Sequence record: PV467748.1
Origin: a phage
Length of the DNA: 64,000 nt
Direction: 5' to 3' (one strand)
Below are positions 37,644-47,373 of the stretch, piece after piece. The notes beneath the pieces are model-generated. The model saw only the letters and a program-made list of their open reading frames with translations. It was not told the origin of the DNA and searched no databases. Each line of letters starts with the position of its first letter. The stretch's first letter is position 1. A program made the translations under genes and the position numbers.

Positions 37644-38184
37644 ATAAAAAATCCAGTTCACCAACTTTAGGTTCGGCACTCTTATCAGACCCTGGTGCTT
37701 TAGTTAAAGAGGTTTCATACTGTGTCATTTTATCGTAGATATCTTGGATAAAGGTTTCATCTGCAATACCTACCATATCGTCATCATTACTGTCGTAGAC
37801 ATTATGGACGAAGTAGCTATATTTCTTTGCCATTTCTTTACGTTCTTTTTTGATACGCTGAACGAAGGCATTAAAACAAGCCATAGTGATATATGCATGT
37901 GGGTTGTCGTATTTTGTTTCGTCGAAGTTGTGAAGACCTTTAATAGAAGCTTCGATTCCATCAGAAATCATTTCTTGCTTCCAGGATTGGGTATATCCTG
38001 AGAAGTTGAAACGTTTACTTAGTCCTTCAGCAATGAGCATAATAGCCAAGCCTATAACGTCGTTCTGACGAACTATTTTATTTGGATCGGTATTTTCTCT
38101 GAGCTCTGTTTTCCATTGGGTAATAGCTTTCAGAAGCTCCTTATTATTTACATAATTATTTTTAGTCAGTTTAATTTCGGTCAT
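37627..38184 (-). CDS. 55: late-transcription sigma factor
   Basis: 185 aa; NYVNNKELL...[34 protein letters not shown] near-identical to remembered T4 gp55. Confidence 0.95.
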   Translation of the reverse strand: MTEIKLTKNNYVNNKELLKAITQWKTELRENTDPNKIVRQNDVIGLAIMLIAEGLSKRFNFSGYTQSWKQEMISDGIEASIKGLHNFDETKYDNPHAYITMACFNAFVQRIKKERKEMAKKYSYFVHNVYDSNDDDMVGIADETFIQDIYDKMTQYETSLTKAPGSDKSAEPKVGELDFLYGTSD

Positions 38185-38250
38185 TGTTACCTCAGATAAC
38201 TCAAATCATAGGTCTATTATATCATGGTATTTGAAGACCCGTTTAAAGCA

Positions 38251-38514
38251 TCAACGGAGTAAGCAATAAGCCTGAAATACGGTTTCAAGGATTTGTATGA
38301 ACTCGGAATAAGAAATTGTATCAGTACATCCATGTTCAGACATATATCCACAAAATTCTTTAAAAAGACCTGGATATTCACGATGGTTGTATTTGGAAAT
38401 ATGAGACTTCCATACTAAAGAAGTCTCACCACAAACAAACTCAACATCCATACAGTTATCTATTAAGAAAAATCCGAGACCTTCATAAGCGAGGGTGGTG
38501 GATACGGGTTTCAT
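38251..38514 (-). CDS. hypothetical protein (87 aa)
   Basis: ORF only. Confidence 0.4.
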   Translation of the reverse strand: MKPVSTTLAYEGLGFFLIDNCMDVEFVCGETSLVWKSHISKYNHREYPGLFKEFCGYMSEHGCTDTISYSEFIQILETVFQAYCLLR

Positions 38515-38777
38515 TGTAGGAATCGAGCTCCTTCTAATGCATCATCAAGATTATCAAACTCATCGACGTAATCAATACCGCCAACTTCATCTTTAGCGTA
38601 TAGCCAGTACCGTTTAAATTCATATTCGATAATAAAGTGGGCACCTTCAATCTGGAGAACCCCATCACCATTAAATTGGACTGCATAACCTGTAAAGCGG
38701 ACATCATCCAGGAGTTCTTCTTTCATAGCAATCATTTCCAAGTTTTTATCGTAATTAGAGAGTTTTATTTTAATCAT
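38511..38777 (-). CDS. hypothetical protein (88 aa)
   Basis: ORF only. Confidence 0.4.
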   Translation of the reverse strand: MIKIKLSNYDKNLEMIAMKEELLDDVRFTGYAVQFNGDGVLQIEGAHFIIEYEFKRYWLYAKDEVGGIDYVDEFDNLDDALEGARFLQ

Positions 38778-39103
38778 TTCGCAGCCTTAACAATTTTCAG
38801 GTCAACGAATTTTTTCTTACGTTGGTTTTTCATGCGGCGGATAGTTTTATCCGTAATTTCACCTGGCTGCCAAGCTTTAGATTCAACACCAAAGGCGGCC
38901 ACATCAAACTCGTCGAGAATATATTGAACCAGGATTTCACGAATACCATTCTTACCAATTTTCTGGTCTTTAGAATGCATAATTGGTAACAGTTCAGCAA
39001 CCCATTGGTCGAGAATTTCAGGAGTCACAAAACCTGTATTCATCAGTTCGTTTACTTTATCGAAAGCGAAAGAGTTCAGTACGTTTTTGATTGCTTGTGA
39101 CAT
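38774..39103 (-). CDS. hypothetical protein (109 aa; start refined)
   Basis: ATG at 39103 with SD GAGGAAA; consensus promoter just upstream. Confidence 0.45.
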   Translation of the reverse strand: MSQAIKNVLNSFAFDKVNELMNTGFVTPEILDQWVAELLPIMHSKDQKIGKNGIREILVQYILDEFDVAAFGVESKAWQPGEITDKTIRRMKNQRKKKFVDLKIVKAAK

Positions 39104-39139
39104 AATAATTTCCTCAGTTTTAAATTTATAATCCGTAGG

Positions 39140-39175
39140 ACCATTATACTCTGGTCCCAAGAGTTTGTAAACTAT
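39140..39175 (-). promoter_or_regulatory. early promoter with consensus hexamers
   Basis: minus GTTTACAAACTCTTGGGACCAGAGTATAATGG (17-nt spacer). Confidence 0.6.
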
Positions 39176-39372
39176 TTTTGTGCTTTGGCGCCTTTCCAAC
39201 CTTCGTACATCATTGCTGCGGAAATTAACAAAGCACCTGAGCAACTTGAATATTTGTGATTCCAAAACCAGTTCAGAAAAACTTCGTCATCAATACCTTG
39301 GGCTATCATATTTTCAAAGAACTGACGACGAGATTCGGCGATTCGCTGTGATAATTTAGATTCAGGATTCAT
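39172..39372 (-). CDS. hypothetical protein (66 aa; start refined)
   Basis: ATG at 39372 with SD GAGGAAA. Confidence 0.35.
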   Translation of the reverse strand: MNPESKLSQRIAESRRQFFENMIAQGIDDEVFLNWFWNHKYSSCSGALLISAAMMYEGWKGAKAQK

Positions 39373-39379
39373 ATTTTCC

Positions 39380-39673
39380 TCAGCTATATCGATAACACTC
39401 GTTTGATTTACGTTTTGCAACTTGATGAGAAGTATTGTAATCAGGTTCATCGTCGTTGTAAACATCTTTTTTCAGCTTTCTCACTTCTTTACGAAGCTGG
39501 CGATTCATTTCATTCTTAACTTCAGAATCAACACCGCGCATACGTTTCCACTTGTCAGAACGGAAGATATTTTCTTCAACTCGTTCCTGACTTACGCCGT
39601 CAGGCGCTTTACGGCGTCCGGAATAATAAAAATCTTTTACAGACAATTCTTTACGACGAATAGTTTTACCCAT
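39380..39673 (-). CDS. hypothetical basic protein (97 aa)
   Basis: ORF only. Confidence 0.4.
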   Translation of the reverse strand: MGKTIRRKELSVKDFYYSGRRKAPDGVSQERVEENIFRSDKWKRMRGVDSEVKNEMNRQLRKEVRKLKKDVYNDDEPDYNTSHQVAKRKSNECYRYS

Positions 39674-39675
39674 AG

Positions 39676-39930
39676 TTACCTCAGCAGTTTGTATCCAATA
39701 AGATGTTTAATGTACTGGATATCTTTGATATCCAAATCCAACTTAAGGTCTTTCAGACGGTCGGCCAGGGTCAAAAAGGTTACATGCTTCCAATTCTTAA
39801 CAGGACAGCAATAAGTTTTAGGGCCGTTGGCGATTTCAATATTCTTATCAGTGACGGTGAGAAAAATCAGGCGCTCATCATCCAGATTAAGGGTGACGAC
39901 ATTTTTCATTGAATGTAATTTCAGGCTCAT
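39676..39930 (-). CDS. hypothetical protein (84 aa)
   Basis: ORF only. Confidence 0.4.
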   Translation of the reverse strand: MSLKLHSMKNVVTLNLDDERLIFLTVTDKNIEIANGPKTYCCPVKNWKHVTFLTLADRLKDLKLDLDIKDIQYIKHLIGYKLLR

Positions 39931-40109
39931 AATTTGATTTCCTTAGCTATTGAACAAAACACGCTACGGTCACATACCATCATTGGAATATTTCTATGGT
40001 CCAGTACACGATACCATACGTCTGAATCGCTAGCAGCAATTACACGAACCGCACGCCCATTTACCAAATAATACTGGTCGGCTTTAATTTCTTTATCTTG
40101 GATAGTCAT
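39927..40109 (-). CDS. hypothetical protein (60 aa)
   Basis: early-promoter element at 40115-40165. Confidence 0.35.
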   Translation of the reverse strand: MTIQDKEIKADQYYLVNGRAVRVIAASDSDVWYRVLDHRNIPMMVCDRSVFCSIAKEIKL

Positions 40110-40168
40110 AATGTTCTCCTCATGTGTTGATAGGATAGACTATAACACGTGAGGAGAGGAAGTAAACA

Positions 40169-40486
40169 CTAATCTTCAATTAAATCTTGGTCATAACCAA
40201 GTTCAATCAAAAGTGACTTAAAGGCAGGAATATTTTCTATTTTCTTATTATCGACAAATATGACAGGATAGCGTATCGCTAAGCTCTTGAAGCCTGCACG
40301 TTTGGCCAATGATACTATAAGAGGCTTGTCATATACTGCGCCTGACAGCGTCTGGTTAATCACAGGATAGAAAGTATGTGGGATAGAAAGGGAATTTAGG
40401 AGCGATAGAACAGCAATGCACCCTGGACAGCGCATGACTGTCTCAGGGATACCGTAAATCTCAATTTTAGTTAACTTTTGGTCCAC
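40169..40486 (-). CDS. thioredoxin-fold redoxin (NrdH/glutaredoxin-like)
   Basis: CPGC active-site motif; 105 aa; T4 has nrdH in this region. Confidence 0.45.
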   Translation of the reverse strand: MDQKLTKIEIYGIPETVMRCPGCIAVLSLLNSLSIPHTFYPVINQTLSGAVYDKPLIVSLAKRAGFKSLAIRYPVIFVDNKKIENIPAFKSLLIELGYDQDLIED

Positions 40487-40763
40487 AGGAAATAACTCCT
40501 TGGTAGTCCCAGGTTTTTAGAACTTCGTCTTCATTAGTTCCGTACGGAACGTAAATCTGGATAAGGAACCCGGTATCATCAAAAGAGAAGTAGACAGTAG
40601 GTTTAATACCATGAATCTCTGACAGAGCATAGATGTCCTTGAGGTCTTCTTCCTTATCTTTAAAGAATTCTTGGTTCAGGTCACAGTCATGGAAGTACCA
40701 ATCATCACCAAACTTGTCCCATGCGGCCCAATTCAAAGCTACATATTCTTCAAAACGTTTCAT
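40467..40763 (-). CDS. hypothetical protein (98 aa)
   Basis: ORF only. Confidence 0.4.
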   Translation of the reverse strand: MKRFEEYVALNWAAWDKFGDDWYFHDCDLNQEFFKDKEEDLKDIYALSEIHGIKPTVYFSFDDTGFLIQIYVPYGTNEDEVLKTWDYQGVISCGPKVN

Positions 40764-40987
40764 TCTTTCACCTTCATCATTTTTACTATAACACTATGAA
40801 CAGCCTGGATTCGTTTGTTGAACTCAGACCCTTCAAGACCCTTTTCAGTACTCAGAGCACCAATAATCACGAACAGCAATCCAAACGGAATAGCCAGGAT
40901 TAAAAGGCACACGATAAACAGAACCAATGTAATATTGGCCAGGATATCAGAAACAGCATTACGAAATTTATTCATTAAAGAACCCAC
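40760..40987 (-). CDS. small membrane protein (75 aa)
   Basis: two hydrophobic segments. Confidence 0.4.
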   Translation of the reverse strand: MGSLMNKFRNAVSDILANITLVLFIVCLLILAIPFGLLFVIIGALSTEKGLEGSEFNKRIQAVHSVIVKMMKVKE

Positions 40988-41096
40988 ATATTAGTTACAA
41001 CAAATAACCATTGGGCAGGATACTCAACACCCATAATACGCACTGCATCGTTCAGAGATTCGGCTAAAGCATAAAATGTGTAGCCATAAAAATTAA

Positions 41097-41570
41097 TCAT
41101 TTAAGCGATTTCCTCAGTTGTTTTTTAAATGAACCGACCATTTGTTTCTTTGTGTCAGATTCATTATAAGTCATTCCATGTGAAAGCATTTCAGCAATCA
41201 TTTCTTCCTTACCTAATCTACTGAACTCTTTGGTTTTATCAGTTACAAAGGTAGGGTGAATAGGATTCTTGGAGCAATCATTCTCGAGGTACGCAACTAG
41301 ATTTTTAAGACACTCGAGGTAGTCGTTGCCACGACCTTTAAGACCAGAGCGTACAAATTGGTGTCTGCTGCGTCCTTCCCAGGCGTTACAAAGATTACAG
41401 AGCAACCCACGAACTCGTCCGGCTTGTGGCCCTTCTAAATCATGAGAGTGGTCTAAGTGGTTACTTTGAACATCCGTATTTAGATGTTGTTTACATACTA
41501 AACACAAGCCCTGTTGGTCTTTGTACATCTGTTCTTTTTGTTCTTTATAAAGCTTGCCAGTCAACAACAT
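41097..41570 (-). CDS. 49: endonuclease VII (Holliday junction resolvase)
   Basis: 157 aa; MLLTGKLYKE...HLDHSHDLEGPQAGRVRGLLCNLCNA near-identical to remembered T4 endo VII. Confidence 0.95.
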   Translation of the reverse strand: MLLTGKLYKEQKEQMYKDQQGLCLVCKQHLNTDVQSNHLDHSHDLEGPQAGRVRGLLCNLCNAWEGRSRHQFVRSGLKGRGNDYLECLKNLVAYLENDCSKNPIHPTFVTDKTKEFSRLGKEEMIAEMLSHGMTYNESDTKKQMVGSFKKQLRKSLK

Positions 41571-41606
41571 AATAAAACCCTTACCATTATTAGATAAGGG
41601 TATTTA

Positions 41607-41792
41607 TTATTTTTCGAATGTACTATAAAACGAGCGATGTAATCGTTTAAATTGACGCATCATCTTTTTGGTAGGTCGAGTGTATAACCCTACACAGGTG
41701 GCCATAAACTGGTCAGTAGGACTTCCTTTGATAAGAAGTTTCCAGAACTTTGCGCCATTTAATTTTTCAGTATAAATCAGTTCAGTTTTCAT
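41607..41792 (-). CDS. small basic protein with RPTKKMMRQFKR motif (family member 3)
   Basis: shared motif. Confidence 0.4.
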   Translation of the reverse strand: MKTELIYTEKLNGAKFWKLLIKGSPTDQFMATCVGLYTRPTKKMMRQFKRLHRSFYSTFEK

Positions 41793-41983
41793 CAGAACGG
41801 CCTATCAGCAAAGCGAAGTTGGGCTTCAAGCCAATGGATATAATCAGCTGCAGCTTTAATCAAGCCGGATTCTTCATCAGGTAACTTACGAGAATCTGAC
41901 AATTCATAAAGTGAATGTTCAATCAGACGGCCTTTATGACGGCCAATTTCAATTTTGGTACTCATAGCCATATTCCATATCAA
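41792..41983 (-). CDS. hypothetical protein (63 aa)
   Basis: ORF only. Confidence 0.35.
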   Translation of the reverse strand: MIWNMAMSTKIEIGRHKGRLIEHSLYELSDSRKLPDEESGLIKAAADYIHWLEAQLRFADRPF

Positions 41984-42191
41984 TTAAATCATTGTTTGAA
42001 GGTTCATTATACTCTATTTCGGAATTGTTGTAAACAGGTTCCTCTGGCTCGGTAGGTTCTATCGTATCCCACCGAGCGACATACCATGGCTTAACGGTCA
42101 CACCACCAACTTGACACTTCAAAATCAGGCTCGCCGTTTTCCCAATACCAAGGGCCAACTGGATGCCAATCGCCATGCTCATCTTCTTCAA
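41949..42191 (-). CDS. hypothetical acidic protein (start uncertain; overlaps upstream ORF by ~100 nt)
   Basis: track start is TTG; in-frame ATGs at 42182 and 42176. Confidence 0.3.
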   Translation of the reverse strand: MKKMSMAIGIQLALGIGKTASLILKCQVGGVTVKPWYVARWDTIEPTEPEEPVYNNSEIEYNEPSNNDLIDMEYGYEYQN

Positions 42192-42399
42192 ATTCTTCAG
42201 ATTCTAGCCCAACGTATTGCCATTGGACTTCATAAGCAGTGCCACCGATTACAACAGTATTCTCACCATACGGATTAGCCACAACAAAATCAATACCTTC
42301 TGCTTTAGCCAACCAAACCATGTATTCATAAAGTTTATATTCTAGGTCGTCTTCAGTACCATCACCTAGAAAAATGGTCTGTTCGTTTAATCCAATCAT
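42091..42399 (-). CDS. hypothetical acidic Trp-rich protein (102 aa)
   Basis: ATG at 42399 overlaps the stop of the upstream peptide (ATGA). Confidence 0.45.
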   Translation of the reverse strand: MIGLNEQTIFLGDGTEDDLEYKLYEYMVWLAKAEGIDFVVANPYGENTVVIGGTAYEVQWQYVGLESEEFEEDEHGDWHPVGPWYWENGEPDFEVSSWWCDR

Positions 42400-42557
42400 T
42401 TAAAGTTCCAGAATGAAGCACCAACCAGAAATAAAGGCCAACAAATCATAGACGTCAGCCACCAACAAAAGTCACCGGAATCATCTAATTTAGCTAGAGT
42501 CTTAGCATAACCAATACCGATGATAAGATACAAAACAACCAACGATAATTCAATCAT
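42396..42557 (-). CDS. small membrane peptide (53 aa), not in the ORF track
   Basis: MIELSLVVLYLIIGIGYAK...; ATGA overlaps at both ends. Confidence 0.3.
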   Translation of the reverse strand: MIELSLVVLYLIIGIGYAKTLAKLDDSGDFCWWLTSMICWPLFLVGASFWNFK

Positions 42558-42817
42558 TTGAAATATGCTCGCAGTTGGTCAAAGCCGCCAATAGAAGTTC
42601 CATCAGGAGCAAATACCTGAGGCATAGTCAAACCTACTTGAGATTCACGACCAAGAGCAGCCAGGAGTTCAGAAATCTTCTCGTCATCAAATACGCCTTT
42701 TTCCGGCATCACGTTAATGAATTCGTAAGGTTGCTTCTTAACATCAAGTAGACGTTTGGCATTATCACAGAAAACACAGCGGTGAATATTTGAATCATAA
42801 CCATAAACTTTAAACAT
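42554..42817 (-). CDS. nrdC: thioredoxin/glutaredoxin NrdC
   Basis: MFKVYGYDSNIHRCVFCDNAKRLL...MPQVFAPDGTSIGGFDQLRAYFK near-identical to remembered T4 NrdC. Confidence 0.9.
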   Translation of the reverse strand: MFKVYGYDSNIHRCVFCDNAKRLLDVKKQPYEFINVMPEKGVFDDEKISELLAALGRESQVGLTMPQVFAPDGTSIGGFDQLRAYFK

Positions 42818-42818
42818 T

Positions 42819-43070
42819 TTAAATTCCTAATACTTGTTTGAATGCTTCAGAACGGTCAAGTTCTGTTCCATATTTTTCGAGGTGTTCGTATTTTAAATCA
42901 TACACATCAGATAGTATATTATTATACGAACGAGTTAAAGCAGATTTCAATACTGAATAACTGTCCGGAAATTTACCGTGCTCTTTATAATAAGCTAGAG
43001 TAAGTTCACGAACCGCCTTATCGGCGGCCTCTACATATTCTTTACGCTTTGCCATTTTCGTCTCGCTCAA
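42819..43070 (-). CDS. hypothetical protein (83 aa)
   Basis: ORF only. Confidence 0.4.
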   Translation of the reverse strand: MSETKMAKRKEYVEAADKAVRELTLAYYKEHGKFPDSYSVLKSALTRSYNNILSDVYDLKYEHLEKYGTELDRSEAFKQVLGI

Positions 43071-43263
43071 ATTTGTGCTTACAATGACGGCATTTATACT
43101 GAAGAGGGTTATGACGCCAATAAGTCAATTGGACCTGTTCAGTTCCACATTCAGGACAATTTGGAACATTCTTAGAAGCTCGTTCGCGACGTTCTACAAT
43201 TTTAATAATTTGATTCCAATCAGGAATACTTTGGTCGATATCATCGGCTAATTGGTATTTCAT
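43042..43263 (-). CDS. zinc-ribbon protein (73 aa)
   Basis: CPECG...CRHCKH. Confidence 0.4.
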   Translation of the reverse strand: MKYQLADDIDQSIPDWNQIIKIVERRERASKNVPNCPECGTEQVQLTYWRHNPLQYKCRHCKHKFERDENGKA

Positions 43264-44270
43264 TTCAACAGCTCCAGAGCTTGTTCAAGACGGTCTAAAC
43301 GATTGGTAGACTCTTCCCAAAGTTTCTTGGCAGCGGTATATTGGCCAGCCAGTTTTTTGTTAATAGCAAGGGCATCTTTATACGCTTTTTCTAAGGCAAC
43401 GATTTCCGGTAACTTGGATTTAGTAATTGGTGTAGGAGCCATGATAGGGCTGTTCAAGTCGTTAATCAAGTCTTCTAATGTAGCAGGCTCTTTATCAGTA
43501 TTCACAATTTCCTCACATTTTTCTTGGTAAATTTCGGCGTCAGTTTTTGGAACAGGGCATTTGATTTCGCGAACTGTTACCAAAACTTCATATCCTTTCC
43601 AGCCTAAGTGGTGTTTAACTTCTTGGGTCTCATATTTCTCTACGGTATCCATCAAAGCTAAGGCTTGTTCGATAGTATTCAAGGTATCGTAAGCAATATC
43701 TTGATACTTTACAACTTCCGCATCATCTTTAGGTTTCCTATTAGGTGACCAAATAACAGAAATAATAGCTTTTCCTTTATAACTATTTGTTTTAATCATG
43801 CAATTAGCCATCGGGTGAATAGTACGGCAATCACCGGAAACTATAGTTTTAGAGGCCGCTTTGAGAATTAATGCAGAGTTAGCCTTGAATTCGCTAACCC
43901 AACGTTGCGGAAATAAACTACTAGGGTCCATACCTTTAATTTTGATATAACTATTTATGGTATCACCAAACCATTTGTAGCTAACAACACGGTTGGAACC
44001 TGGGTGTTTCTCTTTGCCAAACTCTGAAAGGATGTCCTTATTGACCAGTCGCGAAAGCAGTCGAGAACCTTTAAATGTTTTAATGATATCATGAATGCAC
44101 AAACGGCCTGCAATCTTTTCGATTTCAGCTTTGAAACAGCGCGATAATGCATCATCAATTTGGTCGACCCATTTATTGATATTAGAAACTATTACCACAT
44201 ATGGGGTTAATGGAGGGGTATTGGCAGTGATATACGTAGTAAAGGCATTGATGTATTCGGTACGGGTCAT
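43260..44270 (-). CDS. hypothetical protein (336 aa; start refined) with C-terminal coiled coil
   Basis: ATG at 44270 with SD GGAG; promoter element at 44285-44335. Confidence 0.5.
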   Translation of the reverse strand: MTRTEYINAFTTYITANTPPLTPYVVIVSNINKWVDQIDDALSRCFKAEIEKIAGRLCIHDIIKTFKGSRLLSRLVNKDILSEFGKEKHPGSNRVVSYKWFGDTINSYIKIKGMDPSSLFPQRWVSEFKANSALILKAASKTIVSGDCRTIHPMANCMIKTNSYKGKAIISVIWSPNRKPKDDAEVVKYQDIAYDTLNTIEQALALMDTVEKYETQEVKHHLGWKGYEVLVTVREIKCPVPKTDAEIYQEKCEEIVNTDKEPATLEDLINDLNSPIMAPTPITKSKLPEIVALEKAYKDALAINKKLAGQYTAAKKLWEESTNRLDRLEQALELLK

Positions 44271-44329
44271 GATATTCTCCTCAGTAGTTGATAAAAGGAT
44301 TATACTCCATCCGTCCTTGGATGTAAACA

Positions 44330-45199
44330 TTATTTTAGAGCTAATAGTGCCGCGCGAAGCTTGTCACGTTGGGCTTCCATATTCTTGATGCTATTCAGAA
44401 CGTCTTGAATACTCTTTTTCTCATCTTCAATCTGACCATTTAAACGGTGGATTGATTCCTGAATGCTATCTGCATAATAGGTCTCAATAGGTTTCATCGT
44501 AGGGTTAGTAACAACCAAAGAATTATCAGGTTTAATTTTCCAATGATACGGTTCTGAATTGAATGGCCTCGGCACAGCAGTGGTTTTGAATTTGTCATAA
44601 GTAGCATACTGACCTACAGGCCCATATGACGCAGTGGAGATTCGACGTTCCATTTGTGGTTCCTTTTGTTGGGATTGATAAGGGGCATAAGACAAAAGAT
44701 ATTCACGAGTTAGTTTAACATTAAAATACACCGCATCAGGCCGTCCGGAACAATCAGCATATTCATCGGTTGTAACCTTATATGATTCTACGGCCTTAAT
44801 ACGAGTCATTGCTTCTCTGAATAAGGTTTCGAATGCTTCACGAAGGGCCTTATTGCCTTTTGAGGTAGGACGGAAACGAACTTGGATACCGTCAGCCAGA
44901 ATATTAATGACTAGGTTACGAGCCGTAAAATTAATATTCTTGATATTGACAGGAACCGTAGAAATACGTCCTGCAGTAGCCAAGAGGTCTTTAATATTAG
45001 CTCGTAATGTCGCGCCAAATAAATGAGCTGGGCTACGGCAATAATCGTTCAAAGAACTAATATAAGTTCCTTTACGGCCTACGCCGTAAGTGTAGTTACC
45101 ATTACGAATCTGGCCGAAGTCGGCCAGCCGATCGATAGCGATACGACGTGTGGTATCAAAATCATATCGGGAATATTCTTTACGCGTTTTAATGTTCAT
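44330..45199 (-). CDS. hypothetical protein (~289 aa) with C-terminal coiled coil
   Basis: start uncertain (45199 or 45223). Confidence 0.4.
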   Translation of the reverse strand: MNIKTRKEYSRYDFDTTRRIAIDRLADFGQIRNGNYTYGVGRKGTYISSLNDYCRSPAHLFGATLRANIKDLLATAGRISTVPVNIKNINFTARNLVINILADGIQVRFRPTSKGNKALREAFETLFREAMTRIKAVESYKVTTDEYADCSGRPDAVYFNVKLTREYLLSYAPYQSQQKEPQMERRISTASYGPVGQYATYDKFKTTAVPRPFNSEPYHWKIKPDNSLVVTNPTMKPIETYYADSIQESIHRLNGQIEDEKKSIQDVLNSIKNMEAQRDKLRAALLALK

Positions 45200-45200
45200 A

Positions 45201-45401
45201 TTAAAGTCCAAATAATTTTTCATAGAATTTAGCTAAAGGCCAAGTCACAATAGAAACTATTCCAAATAAAGCAAGCACTGGCCAAATAAAGGTAGCGAAT
45301 ACTGCTTCGCCACCTGAGCTAATTTCCATATGTTTGCGGCCAATCAGAACAGTAATGAATCCTAATGCAAGGTACAGAAGAATAAAACCTGCGATTTCCA
45401 T
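45201..45401 (-). CDS. small membrane protein (66 aa)
   Basis: two hydrophobic segments. Confidence 0.4.
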   Translation of the reverse strand: MEIAGFILLYLALGFITVLIGRKHMEISSGGEAVFATFIWPVLALFGIVSIVTWPLAKFYEKLFGL

Positions 45402-45403
45402 AA

Positions 45404-46376
45404 TTAATCCTTAAGAAGATTTAAGATATCGATATATTTCTGGCGTTCAGCCTTAGCTTTGGCATTCAGACCAGAGAGTCGGAAAATCTCATCATCTTGT
45501 TGTTGAATTGTAACATTCAAGCAAGTAAGCAAATTGCTAAAATACTCGATTTGAGCTTGATGCTTCTCATTGCTGCGCACCGGTACAGGTTCTGGTTTAG
45601 GAGCTTGTTCTGAATGCTCCTCAGCCTGGTCTTTAATTTTATAAAGTTTAATACGCTGACCCACTCCAGTTTCGGCATCACCAAAACTAAGAACACCGCG
45701 CTGTTCTAATACAGACAGGGCCAATCGGAGATGGAACTTCCAGTTGTCATATTGACAACCACTAAAAGTTGAAATGGTATACTCATTTTCATTTCCGGGG
45801 TGGTTAACAATATTAAAGATAATCCGATCACCTGAACCATTAGTCTTAAAGGTCATTTGTTTATCTTGACCTTTTGCAAGTCGAGCACCAAGAGCCAGTA
45901 GACGTCGTTGGTTGGCATGAAGGTCTTGAACAACTTCGTCAAATGACATCGTCATCACCTGAACCATTAGTCTTAAAGGTCATTTGTTTATCTTGACCTT
46001 TTGCAAGTCGAGCACCAAGAGCCAGTAGACGTCGTTGGTTGGCATGAAGGTCTTGAACAACTTCGTCAAATGACATCGTCGGGATTAAACGTCCGTAGAG
46101 GTCATAGCCTTTGTTATAATTTTTAAGAATAATTTTGGCATTAGCACGAGACAACATACCCGTTTTACGAAGAGTTTTCATGACTCGGTCTTCTAACGTA
46201 AACGAACCTTTAGTCTTGTCAAAGATTTTAGTGAAGTCATCTTTAACAGTACAAACGTTGAACTTGTCCCACATCATATATAGAACCTTTTCAACTACTT
46301 CTTTAGTACTCGGAATACGACCAAATTTAATAACTTTTTTAACTTCAGAACGAATTTGATTAATTGCCTGTGACAT
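45404..46376 (-). pseudogene. gene disrupted by a 127-bp tandem duplication (two overlapping ORFs; removing one copy restores a 281-codon frame)
   Basis: track ORFs 45404..45967 and 45939..46376 both contain MSFDEVVQDLHANQRRLLALGARLAKGQDKQMTFKTNGSGD; 973 nt minus 127 = 846 = 282 codons. Confidence 0.6.
45827..46080. repeat. perfect tandem direct repeat, 2 x 127 bp
   Basis: 45827-45953 is identical to 45954-46080 by direct reading. Confidence 0.85.
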
Positions 46377-46439
46377 AATAATTTCCTCAGTAAGTAATTA
46401 AGAACCTAGAACCATTATACCATCCTTGGTATAAAGCGT

Positions 46440-46964
46440 TTATGCGAGAACCGTCTTTAAACGCTCTTCAAATTTCTGAAGCAGAGCTTGGCGTTCAACT
46501 CGTTGTGATTTGTACTGCTCGATACGACCTGAAGTGAGGGCGTACTGTTCGTTTACTGATTCCCGCATGAATTCAGGAATCTCTTTACAAGCTTTGATTT
46601 CGTCAAACTTATCAATAACAGCTTGTTGTTCGGCAATCAGATTATCGAAATAAGCGATATCAGATTTAACGTTTGCCAGGTCGGATTCAGTAGGCATTAA
46701 ACGTTTGTTACGTTCAGCTTGATAAGCTTGATTGTTTTCACGACTCCAGTGAAGAGTACGTTTTTTGTTAGTGTTTTTATAGAGCTCTACAATACCAACT
46801 GAATCGATGACTGCAATCCAGTTCCAACGGCTTTTGTAAATCTCTCCTCCAGATACGGTAATCTCATTACCACAAGCAACGTCGTTAAAGAACTTGCTTT
46901 GTTTTTCAGATTTGAAATTACCATTGTTAAAATTAATCAGTGAAAAAATATCTTTAGCGTTCAT
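46440..46964 (-). CDS. hypothetical protein (174 aa)
   Basis: SD GGAGG; early promoter at 46975-47018. Confidence 0.45.
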   Translation of the reverse strand: MNAKDIFSLINFNNGNFKSEKQSKFFNDVACGNEITVSGGEIYKSRWNWIAVIDSVGIVELYKNTNKKRTLHWSRENNQAYQAERNKRLMPTESDLANVKSDIAYFDNLIAEQQAVIDKFDEIKACKEIPEFMRESVNEQYALTSGRIEQYKSQRVERQALLQKFEERLKTVLA

Positions 46965-46974
46965 GATAACCTCC

Positions 46975-47018
46975 AGTAGTTGATAGGTCTATAGTATCAT
47001 TTCTACTGGAGATGTAAA
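46975..47018 (-). promoter_or_regulatory. T4-type early promoter
   Basis: minus GTTTACATCTCCAGTAGAAATGATACTATAGACC. Confidence 0.6.
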
Positions 47019-47021
47019 CAA

Positions 47022-47363
47022 CTAATAGAAACTTTTTTCACCTGCTTGACCACTAAACCATGCGGATTGAGTGTTCTCTTTCCGTTGGTGTTTAATACGA
47101 ATAAGGTATTCGTTCCTGATGGCGCAGAGTTCATCTCTGAAGTCGACTGCCAACTTAACCTGCTTACGGTCTAGATTTATTAAGGCCTGGGTCTTCGCGG
47201 CCAAGGCCAGTCTCTTGTAGTCTCCTTCTTCACAATCGGTTTTGTAAACCTTCTCGGCGAATTGGTGTTTAAATTCATTATCATAGTCTTCAATAGACTG
47301 TTTCATGGCATTAGAGTATTTCAACTCTGCTTTTATAAGGTCATAACTAAATTGTTCGAACAT
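47022..47363 (-). CDS. hypothetical protein (113 aa)
   Basis: ORF only. Confidence 0.4.
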   Translation of the reverse strand: MFEQFSYDLIKAELKYSNAMKQSIEDYDNEFKHQFAEKVYKTDCEEGDYKRLALAAKTQALINLDRKQVKLAVDFRDELCAIRNEYLIRIKHQRKENTQSAWFSGQAGEKSFY

Positions 47364-47373
47364 AATTTCACCT

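Noticed and set aside
45827-46080. Tandem repeat considered as a CRISPR array or satellite
   Set aside because: Only two copies, no spacers, and it lies inside a coding frame; interpreted as a gene-disrupting tandem duplication.
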